IMG/VR virus record: IMGVR_UViG_3300017613_003292 | Location: 33,021 to 97,020 of that record | Direction: 5' to 3' (one strand) | Source: a virus | Lineage: Duplodnaviria > Heunggongvirae > Uroviricota > Caudoviricetes | Length of the DNA: 64,000 nucleotides | Shown here: piece by piece, positions 57,751-64,000 of the stretch | Numbering within the stretch: the first letter of the stretch is position 1 | Layout: each line of letters opens with the position of its first letter | Made by a program: the position numbers and the translations under genes | The notes under the pieces: generated by a model | Told to the model about the DNA's origin: nothing | Database searches by the model: none | The model's input: the letters and a program-made list of their open reading frames with translations, nothing else

Positions 57751-58361
57751 TTCTTTCTGTGTGCTTTCCAAACCATTCGTGTCAATCGCCTTTCTTGTTT
57801 CTCTCCGGCAGTATCCAAGGCAGCAGCCCTGGCAGCATTCCTGGCAGCATCCCAGGCAGCATCCCTGACAACATCCCAGGCAGCAATCCTGGCAGCATCC
57901 CAGGCAGCAGCCCTGACAGCAACCCTGGCAGCATCCCCGGCAACATCCCAGGCAGCATCCCTGACAGCAACCCCGGCAGCATCCCTTAATGACTCGTCTT
58001 GTGTCTTTAAATATTTTACAACCACATCAGGCGCATCCCACAGGTGAATTACATCTAAAGCACGCATACATGCGAATTTACGCAGCAATTTTTTACCATT
58101 AATCCACCATAATACCTTTCTGCACTCTGCCACGGTTTTGTCATCTTCATGAATCATTTCACCGGCAAGTTCAACCCGACAAATAATAGGGCCGGGAGCA
58201 TATTTTAAAGCATCGGTGATTTTTTTAGAAGCGTGTAGGCCGCAATGACACATTTTAAGGTCGCCTTTATGCACAAGCCATTGTCCTTTGCGTGCAAGGC
58301 GACCATCGTCATAACCAAGCCTTCTGGTCTCTCTCATAAAATGCCATGCTTTCATATTCAT
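57747..58361 (-). CDS. Protein with conserved N-terminal domain and C-terminal AAWDAAR-type pentapeptide tandem repeats (204 aa)
   Basis: C-terminus RDAAGVAVRDAAWDVAGDAARVAVRAAAWDAARIAAWDVVRDAAWDAARNAARAAALD, encoded by 15-bp DNA tandem repeats. Confidence 0.55.
   Translation of the reverse strand: MNMKAWHFMRETRRLGYDDGRLARKGQWLVHKGDLKMCHCGLHASKKITDALKYAPGPIICRVELAGEMIHEDDKTVAECRKVLWWINGKKLLRKFACMRALDVIHLWDAPDVVVKYLKTQDESLRDAAGVAVRDAAWDVAGDAARVAVRAAAWDAARIAAWDVVRDAAWDAARNAARAAALDTAGEKQERRLTRMVWKAHRKN
57800..57975. repeat. 15-bp tandem repeat (gcagcatcccaggca-type, ~11 copies)
   Basis: Seen directly; all three frames on each strand are open across it (listed overlapping ORFs PGSIPGS... and LPGMLPG...). 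Confidence 0.85.
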
Positions 58362-58410
58362 ATCCCTCCTGGCATACCGTATATTTTATCCCCCCTCTTT
58401 CATTTAATTA

Positions 58411-58485
58411 TGGTCGGAGAGGCAGGATTTGAACCTGCGGCCTTGTGGCCCCAAACCACACCGTCTTCCGCTGACTTACTCTCCG
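58411..58485 (-). tRNA. tRNA-Pro (anticodon TGG)
   Basis: Hand fold: acceptor CGGAGAG/CTCTCCG, anticodon stem TGTGG/CCACA with loop TTTGGGG, T-arm GCAGG-TTCAAAT-CCTGC, discriminator A, CCA encoded. Confidence 0.7.
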
Positions 58486-58677
58486 TTAAAGATCAAACAA
58501 ACCAAGTTGATCTACAATGCTGTAGTAAATACTCCCTCCCATAAAAGCGTAAAGAAATTCTGGTGCAAAAAATGGATGTGTATAGAACAACGGCATTGTC
58601 TTAGCTGCGACCATTATTATCATACATATAACGAGTGCTGTTATTATTTTAAAAATGATCACGCATGACCGTTTCAT
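58486..58677 (-). CDS. small membrane protein (63 aa, two hydrophobic segments)
   Basis: ORF starts right after tRNA-Pro; IITALVICMIIMVAA TM segment. Confidence 0.3.
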   Translation of the reverse strand: MKRSCVIIFKIITALVICMIIMVAAKTMPLFYTHPFFAPEFLYAFMGGSIYYSIVDQLGLFDL

Positions 58678-58689
58678 GAAATCACTACC

Positions 58690-58992
58690 TCATGTTGTTA
58701 TTTTTTCTAATTTTTCTCTAATTTTTTTTCGCTTTGAGTAATCAATTTTAAGATATCTATAGACATCCGTGAATATATGAATGTCATTTTGAATCCATAA
58801 CCCGGAACGATCTTTTCTTGATATAAGATAATATCCAATCCTATCATTGTTATTATTTAATGGGCGTATAGACAACATAACTCTAACGCGGTATTTTTTA
58901 AAATTGACACCATTCATAATAAAATAAATCATCAGAGCTTTTGGACTGTCAATTAAATTTTTCATAATATCAGGCGGTATCGGCATTGTCAT
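58690..58992 (-). CDS. hypothetical protein (100 aa)
   Basis: ORF. Confidence 0.45.
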   Translation of the reverse strand: MTMPIPPDIMKNLIDSPKALMIYFIMNGVNFKKYRVRVMLSIRPLNNNNDRIGYYLISRKDRSGLWIQNDIHIFTDVYRYLKIDYSKRKKIREKLEKITT

Positions 58993-58997
58993 ATTTT

Positions 58998-59417
58998 TTA
59001 AATTATTTTTTCAAGGGAATAAAGCTCAGACCACAGATTGCCACAGACACGACAAGTTACTTCCCATTGAATTTTGGGAATAGCTTTTCTATTTTCGTCC
59101 CATTGTCCTTCAATATATTCAATATTTTTTGCTGAAAAATTTTCAATTCCGATTGCGCCGCAATGCGGACATTCATTTTTATTCCGCGCATGCATTTTTT
59201 GATCGATGAATCGATTTTTATTCCATTCATGCAGCCGAGGAAATTCAATACCCGCATCTCGTGCTATTCCGTCTAAATATTCAAGCGTTTCGATGTATCC
59301 ATAATTCCCTTCTGCCTGACAGGATTCGCAGATATAACCATTCATTTGACCACTGTCATTTATTATTAATCGACCACATCGTTTGCAGGCTGGCATAATT
59401 CCTCTGATAGATGGCAC
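58998..59417 (-). CDS. Zn-ribbon protein (139 aa; true start probably a few codons in, as the first codons overlap tRNA-Gln)
   Basis: CKRCG...CESC and CPHCG...CRVCG motifs. Confidence 0.45.
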   Translation of the reverse strand: MPSIRGIMPACKRCGRLIINDSGQMNGYICESCQAEGNYGYIETLEYLDGIARDAGIEFPRLHEWNKNRFIDQKMHARNKNECPHCGAIGIENFSAKNIEYIEGQWDENRKAIPKIQWEVTCRVCGNLWSELYSLEKII

Positions 59418-59487
59418 GCCGGGCAGGGTTTGAACCTGCGGCCTTCGGAATCAAAGTCCGATGTTCTCCCAGCTGAACTACCGGCGT
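59412..59487 (-). tRNA. tRNA-Gln (anticodon TTG)
   Basis: Hand fold: acceptor ACGCCGG/CCGGCGT, D-arm GTTC-AGCTGGGA-GAAC, anticodon stem TCGGA/TCCGA with loop CTTTGAT, T-arm GCAGG-TTCAAAC-CCTGC, discriminator G, CCA. Confidence 0.7.
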
Positions 59488-59489
59488 TC

Positions 59490-59912
59490 TTATAGCATGT
59501 TTGTATTTAGAGATTTCGGCTTTGCATTTTCCTTCATTTGCTGTTCAAGTTTTTTGCGTTCTTTCTTTAACCCTCGATACTGATCCAATACCATGATTGG
59601 CATTTCTCCTTTAGGATATCTATCCTCAATTTTCCATATCCGTTGATCCAGAAAGTCCAAGCGGTCTTGGATAATTTTATTTTCAAGTCTGTTTTCTAAT
59701 GCCTGAATTGCACGTTCGACGTCTTTGGCGTGAGCAAACCTTTCATCAAGGCATATCCATCCGCCGATAAGACTCCCAAGTATGACGATTGCTGATGCGG
59801 TTCCGATAATTTTTTTCATTATTTTTTCGCAATATGGAATAGTTGTTCCTGGATAAACATCAAAGATCTTGCAATTGTGTCTATGATACACTCGCCATTC
59901 CACCAGGCACAC
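59490..59912 (-). CDS. Membrane-anchored coiled-coil protein (i-spanin-like or holin-like topology; probable start at MKKIIG, ~59819)
   Basis: MKKIIGTASAIVILGSLIGGWI TM segment followed by a ~80-aa helical/coiled-coil region (ERAIQALENRLENKIIQDRLDFLDQRIWKIEDRY). Confidence 0.4.
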   Translation of the reverse strand: MCLVEWRVYHRHNCKIFDVYPGTTIPYCEKIMKKIIGTASAIVILGSLIGGWICLDERFAHAKDVERAIQALENRLENKIIQDRLDFLDQRIWKIEDRYPKGEMPIMVLDQYRGLKKERKKLEQQMKENAKPKSLNTNML

Positions 59913-60014
59913 TCTTCTTCGAGACAGTCTGGTGAGCGGTCAAACCCGGGAGAATACTTCAATGGACATTTTTTCATTATATTTTTATTCCTTTATTATT
60001 TCAATCAATTTTTT

Positions 60015-60089
60015 TGGTAGCGGAGGCGGGAATCGAACCCGCGTAAATAAGGATATGAACCTTATGAGTCACCATTACTCTACTCCGCA
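60015..60089 (-). tRNA. tRNA with CAT anticodon (Met, or Ile2 if lysidine-modified); U1:U72 mismatch
   Basis: Hand fold: D-arm GAGT-AATGGTG-ACTC, anticodon stem TAAGG/CCTTA with loop TTCATAT, T-arm GCGGG-TTCGATT-CCCGC, 3' ...CTCCGCT-A-CCA. The 5' end begins T-GCGGAG, so the first pair is unpaired. Confidence 0.6.
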
Positions 60090-60310
60090 ATGATTTCATT
60101 AAAATTACTTTTTGCTATAATGGAAGTAATTTCGAATATTGTTCCGCATTTTTCACATCGCGCGACCGCTTTGAATACCTCTTCATTGCTGTAGATTTTT
60201 GTTTCCCTATATGCCATAACATTCATTAATATTTTACAATATCGGCACTTAAATCTTTCAATCGCCATCTTTGTAATTTTATCAACCCTGTTCTGATCCA
60301 TCAGTTTCAT
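60080..60310 (-). CDS. small Zn-ribbon protein (76 aa; CRYC...CEKCG)
   Basis: ORF; its 3' end overlaps the tRNA 5' end by ~10 nt. Confidence 0.4.
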   Translation of the reverse strand: MKLMDQNRVDKITKMAIERFKCRYCKILMNVMAYRETKIYSNEEVFKAVARCEKCGTIFEITSIIAKSNFNEIIAE

Positions 60311-60312
60311 TA

Positions 60313-60654
60313 TTATTCCTCCAGGAATGGCTCAGACATTGTTTTTATATATTGACATTCCACATCTCCGCACATGCAATGTTTTGCATACTTTTCTTTA
60401 TGCATTTCCAGATCACCGATAATGTTTGAACCGCACCATCCGCCGTCATTCCTGTGTGACTCAAATTCTCTTTTGCCCCAGCGTGCTGGCATTTCAGTTT
60501 GATATTCAATAACTGCTCGGACTTTTATACGCTTTTTTATCAGCACACATTTAGAATCGTGTTCTTCACCGATTTTTTTGTCGCAATAAAAGCACCTTCC
60601 GTCCATTTTTGCCGGTCTTTGTGCCTTTTCTGTTACAATAAATTTTTCTGGCAT
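60313..60654 (-). CDS. hypothetical Cys/His-rich protein (113 aa)
   Basis: ORF; multiple Cys (CFYCDKK, CMCGDVEC). Confidence 0.45.
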   Translation of the reverse strand: MPEKFIVTEKAQRPAKMDGRCFYCDKKIGEEHDSKCVLIKKRIKVRAVIEYQTEMPARWGKREFESHRNDGGWCGSNIIGDLEMHKEKYAKHCMCGDVECQYIKTMSEPFLEE

Positions 60655-60667
60655 ACTACCCCGCTTT

Positions 60668-61030
60668 TTAATGTATGGTCATACCTGATCTTTGAAAAAT
60701 TTTAGCAAGGGCATCAATTTCTTCATCATTGACACCATCAATTTTATTTTTCTCTACCAGGTATGATGATATTGACACTGCCGTATGCAGTGCACCAATC
60801 ATGTATAGATTATGCGGATTTTCGACCAATGACTGCATCTGCCCTGACATAAGCGCCTGTAAACATGTTGAGAGTGATGCGTTTTTTTCAGCTGCAATTT
60901 TCCCATAACTTATTGCCTTGACGTAGGCACTTTCAATCCCTTCTTTCATTTGTGCCATTTTTTTACCGAGGAGATCCAATTCTTTATCTATACTATCGAG
61001 TTTTTTTGTAAGCTCTTCTTTTTTTTTCAT
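60668..61030 (-). CDS. hypothetical helical protein (120 aa)
   Basis: ORF. Confidence 0.45.
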   Translation of the reverse strand: MKKKEELTKKLDSIDKELDLLGKKMAQMKEGIESAYVKAISYGKIAAEKNASLSTCLQALMSGQMQSLVENPHNLYMIGALHTAVSISSYLVEKNKIDGVNDEEIDALAKIFQRSGMTIH

Positions 61031-61061
61031 TTTCTATTCTCTTTATAATTGGTAATAACCA

Positions 61062-61368
61062 TTAAAGCCGCTGTCATTGCGCCATGCAACATGTCACTGT
61101 CAGGTTTGCGAAACAAAAGGTGCATTCACCGTTCGATGACTTAAATATACGCCTGTTTTCTTTGAAACCCATTAACCAAACACTCGTTTCTTTTCTATTT
61201 TTTCATCTTTATAGTTACATAGTGATACTTTTCAGAAACTTTAGTCAATAAGTCGCGACAGCTACCAGTTTATGACGGCCTTGTGGCCCCATGGGCATTA
61301 ACCTGCTTAAGCTTGACATTTCCCGATAAAAAATCGCGAGTTCAGATTATTCAAGACAGCGGCTTTAA
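61062..61368. repeat. 14-bp perfect inverted repeat (ttaaagccgctgtc / gacagcggctttaa) flanking a ~280-bp AT-rich non-coding segment
   Basis: Arms at 61062-61075 and 61355-61368. The interior carries a 16-nt copy of the tRNA-Pro anticodon-arm sequence (cggccttgtggcccca). Confidence 0.6.
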
Positions 61369-61850
61369 TCGTCATTATCAAATGTTTTTAATACTTTTTC
61401 CATCATTGATTTCATATTTGTTTTAAATTCTGAAATTTCCGATGAATCTGTGTCTTTGGCTTCTTTCATTCGTTTTATAACCTGGGCTTCCGTAATGGAC
61501 AGCACGCCTTTCATCATCATCGCCGCTTCCGCATGCAAAACAGCCACGACGACCAGCGTTATTTCGATTGACAGCCCAGACATGGCTTCTTTTAATTTTA
61601 CCCTGGCATCTGCTATTTCATTGCCTCCTGACTTTGTCAGGTACAGTTCAACGAAATTCACATAATGGCCTTTCTGTCGTTCGTTAAATTGTCCCATGTC
61701 CACATTGTCCAGGGCCATTCTTGTGATGTATTTTCTCTGGTTGACGATGAATTTTTCATGCCATTCATTCATAGCTTTCTTATATTCTTCGAAATCTTCA
61801 GCATCAAACATGCCGTCCATCACATCTATAAAATCCTTTTCTTCGGACAT
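61365..61850 (-). CDS. hypothetical protein (161 aa)
   Basis: ORF. Confidence 0.45.
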   Translation of the reverse strand: MSEEKDFIDVMDGMFDAEDFEEYKKAMNEWHEKFIVNQRKYITRMALDNVDMGQFNERQKGHYVNFVELYLTKSGGNEIADARVKLKEAMSGLSIEITLVVVAVLHAEAAMMMKGVLSITEAQVIKRMKEAKDTDSSEISEFKTNMKSMMEKVLKTFDNDD

Positions 61851-61985
61851 TCATTTTACCTTTTCTGTTTTTTGTCCGGTTCCATGACCGGTTTTATATC
61901 GTATGGGTTTCTGTCTGCTTTTGTTGAAAATTTTATATTTTATTTTTAATGGATTGTAATTGTTGGTTGCCTATTGGTTCATGAT

Positions 61986-62342
61986 TTAAATATTGGTTTT
62001 ATCCGGATCGATAATTTTCAGGATTACCCATGGTTTGGGTTTTTCCCAACATTCAATCCCGGTTGCCGGATGGAATGTCAGGTGTTCAATCTCAAGTGAA
62101 AATCCTTCCGGCGCTTTCAGATCATCCGGATTCAATGGTTTTGTCTTTTCATTCCCATCCCCGGAACCTTCAATGCCTTCAGAATGGAACATTCCCGCAA
62201 ATCGACCGTCTTTTAATTCATAGAATACCCGGACACCCGGGACTTCAATTTTCTTTCCCAGCATTGTCACCTCGACTTTCTGGCATGGATTCAAAAACCC
62301 TTCGTGAGGGTCTACCAGGTTGTAAAGATTTAATAACGTCAT
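61986..62342 (-). CDS. hypothetical protein (118 aa)
   Basis: ORF. Confidence 0.4.
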   Translation of the reverse strand: MTLLNLYNLVDPHEGFLNPCQKVEVTMLGKKIEVPGVRVFYELKDGRFAGMFHSEGIEGSGDGNEKTKPLNPDDLKAPEGFSLEIEHLTFHPATGIECWEKPKPWVILKIIDPDKTNI

Positions 62343-62577
62343 TTGTCTCCTCCTGCGGAGTTGTCATATCGATCCACCAGAGCTTAAACTTTTGCCATAA
62401 GGTTTTGTCCGCGAATCGCATGTATACATAATTTCTTTCGAGTATTATTTCATATTTTACAATCCTGTGTCCTTTTATATCCATATTTCTAAGGAATTCC
62501 CAAAATTCCGGATATTCCATTTGGATTGGATAGCCTTTAATATTTGTGGATTTTTCGGCTGATATGATTACCGACAT
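62245..62577 (-). CDS. hypothetical protein (110 aa; 5' end overlaps the previous gene, so the start is uncertain)
   Basis: ORF. Confidence 0.35.
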   Translation of the reverse strand: MSVIISAEKSTNIKGYPIQMEYPEFWEFLRNMDIKGHRIVKYEIILERNYVYMRFADKTLWQKFKLWWIDMTTPQEETNDVIKSLQPGRPSRRVFESMPESRGDNAGKEN

Positions 62578-62619
62578 TTACATTCCCTTCAAATTTTTCA
62601 ATGACCATTTTTTAGATAT

Positions 62620-62985
62620 TTATGGACAATATCCTTTGCCCATGGTAATTAACCCTGCCAATACTGCCATATTGAACATTTCATCCATCGCTGTTACTCC
62701 GGTTGCCTCAATTCCTTCTATCAGGAATGACACTCCATCCATGACGTGCACATCATTTTCTTCGCTCACATCTACCAGACCCTTCATGAGCGTTACCAAT
62801 TGGTCTTTAAATCCGTCATTTCCCAATCTGTTTTTGACTCGAAGCACCGCGCAATATCCGTGGAATCCATAGGTACATGATTCATGCTGGGATTTATGCC
62901 CAGCAAAAAGTCCCACACGAGCATGGCCGACGTGTATTTTTTTGTTTTCCGGGTCGTCTTTCTGCATTGGAAAGCAGCCCTCCAA
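62620..62985 (-). CDS. hypothetical protein (121 aa) with weak resemblance to QueD/PTPS T-fold motifs
   Basis: GHAR...ESCTYGFHGY loosely resembles the AAHRL / C-x4-HGH Zn-site motifs of 6-carboxytetrahydropterin synthase. The second His is replaced by Tyr. Confidence 0.35.
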   Translation of the reverse strand: MEGCFPMQKDDPENKKIHVGHARVGLFAGHKSQHESCTYGFHGYCAVLRVKNRLGNDGFKDQLVTLMKGLVDVSEENDVHVMDGVSFLIEGIEATGVTAMDEMFNMAVLAGLITMGKGYCP

Positions 62986-63149
62986 AACTTAAAGTTATGC
63001 TTTATAAAAAAATATGATTTTATCTGAAATAACATGATATCTCTTATTGACATTATGTCAAGGATTTTATATCATTTTACCGACTACCACAGCTTATTTT
63101 ACTGCTCTACATCCATTCCCATTCTTCTTAAGTTTGCCCACCCAAACCC

Positions 63150-63177
63150 GGCTCCGGGATTCCCCAATCCCGGAGCC
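63150..63177. other. Perfect 12-bp inverted repeat hairpin (ggctccgggatt-cccc-aatcccggagcc) in an intergenic region
   Basis: Seen directly. No flanking U-tract on either strand, so it is more likely a protein-binding or structural site than a terminator. Confidence 0.5.
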
Positions 63178-63315
63178 TCACCTTCCGGTTCAACCATCGT
63201 CATCCGGACTTAATATCGTCAGTAAAAATAATCGTTCAATAAAAAACAAAAAAATAATCAAACTCGTCGCAGATGAGATTGATCCTCGCTGCAATCAAAC
63301 TTGCCATTGGCAAGA

Positions 63316-63522
63316 TTAATTATTTTCCTTGTCCATAATATCCTTCAATCGATGGACCTTCTTGTCTCGACCATCTATATATCCCGCCCGGTATCCACCC
63401 CAGTATCCGGACACCATGTCCCAAGATACCACATACCGGCAGTTATCACAACGACCGTGTGGCCTTGAAGACAAGCTATTCATGAATACTCTCATATCTC
63501 CATCGCATTCTGGGCATTGCAT
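63316..63522 (-). CDS. small Zn-ribbon protein (68 aa; CPECDG...CDNCRY)
   Basis: ORF. Confidence 0.4.
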   Translation of the reverse strand: MQCPECDGDMRVFMNSLSSRPHGRCDNCRYVVSWDMVSGYWGGYRAGYIDGRDKKVHRLKDIMDKENN

Positions 63523-63779
63523 ATTTTTTCCTTTTTTTTAGTTTTTATATCAATCAAATGGCATGAGATATATAAGAATAACCGCGAAAATTAAAAATGG
63601 TATCCATATCGGTGACAATACCCACCACCATGACCAATCTATCTTTTCCAATAATTTTAATACAATGAATACTATTGCCAAAACGCCAACAAACCCGATG
63701 CCACCAGATGAATTGTTATCTGACATTTATTCTCCTTAATTTGTCTTTAATTGTCCATGTCATCATCTAAACCTAAATC

Positions 63780-63992
63780 TCACACAACAGAAGAACCTAA
63801 ATCTCCCCCAGTATCTTTGTCATCGGCTCTCCTGTTCCACATTTCTATAGCTTCCTGTTCTGTTTCCCACCCGCCATCTATATTTGCACCGCATGAACCG
63901 CACCAAGGGATAAAATTGTCTGCCCCCGTACTGTTATGAACCACTTTTTCAATGTAGGTAAATCCGACTCCGCAGAATGGGCACGGCTTCAA
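63780..63992 (-). CDS. lar: Lar-family restriction alleviation protein (anti-restriction)
   Basis: MKPCPFCG...CGSCGA...EAIEMWNRR matches the Lar family signature (KPCPFCGG ... C..CGA ... EAI..WNRR). Confidence 0.55.
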   Translation of the reverse strand: MKPCPFCGVGFTYIEKVVHNSTGADNFIPWCGSCGANIDGGWETEQEAIEMWNRRADDKDTGGDLGSSVV

Positions 63993-64000
63993 ATCAGTCA

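Noticed and set aside
55385-57760. Regularly recurring ~25-nt repeat, considered as a possible CRISPR array
   Set aside because: Spacing between copies is highly variable (75-490 bp) and matches gene lengths, each copy abuts a start codon and contains a stop codon plus SD, and there are no cas genes. It is an intercistronic motif.
61279-61294. tRNA-Pro-like 16-mer, considered as a degraded tRNA gene
   Set aside because: Only the anticodon-arm fragment matches (a GGCC-ACAA-GGCC self-complementary hairpin); no acceptor or T-arm. Kept only as a note within the IR-island finding.
62793-63053. 86-aa minus-strand ORF overlapping 62620..62985 in another frame
   Set aside because: Almost entirely nested inside a better-supported ORF; considered spurious.

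Overview
The whole 64 kb window reads as a tailed dsDNA phage or prophage: compact operons, overlapping stop/start codons, low GC, and strong GGAGG-type RBSs. An XhlA-like lysis gene suggests a Bacillota host, but that is a guess. Layout: (1) 1-35.4 kb on the minus strand is the virion module, running from scaffold and major capsid through a lysis-like cassette, head-tail connector genes, a 939-aa multi-glycosyltransferase, the major tail protein, a tail assembly chaperone with a -1 frameshift, a 1953-aa tape measure, beta-helix proteins, a 915-aa (SESP)n Ser-rich repeat protein flanked by glycosyltransferases and a methyltransferase, two BNR beta-propeller proteins, and a >1200-aa LamG-domain fiber. 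The fiber ORF runs off the window start, so it is missing from the supplied ORF track. (2) 35.5-46.7 kb on the plus strand holds a TerS-like gene, large terminase and portal, then a 7 kb glycan-synthesis island (methyltransferases, glycosyltransferases, SDR epimerase, radical SAM enzyme, UDP-glucose 6-dehydrogenase). (3) 46.6-64 kb on the minus strand looks like an early/accessory region: a VWA(DUF2201)/MoxR AAA pair, a metallophosphoesterase, an SPFH protein, many small Zn-ribbon proteins, a Lar-family anti-restriction protein, four tRNAs (His, Pro, Gln, Met/CAT), and a small-gene operon whose junctions each carry a conserved ~25-nt stop-spacer-SD motif (eight close copies plus one degenerate). 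The most unusual thing here is a candidate phage-encoded virion glycosylation system: at least eight GT domains, three methyltransferases, sugar-nucleotide enzymes, and a Ser-rich repeat substrate-like protein. All functional calls come from motifs read by eye; no database search was possible.
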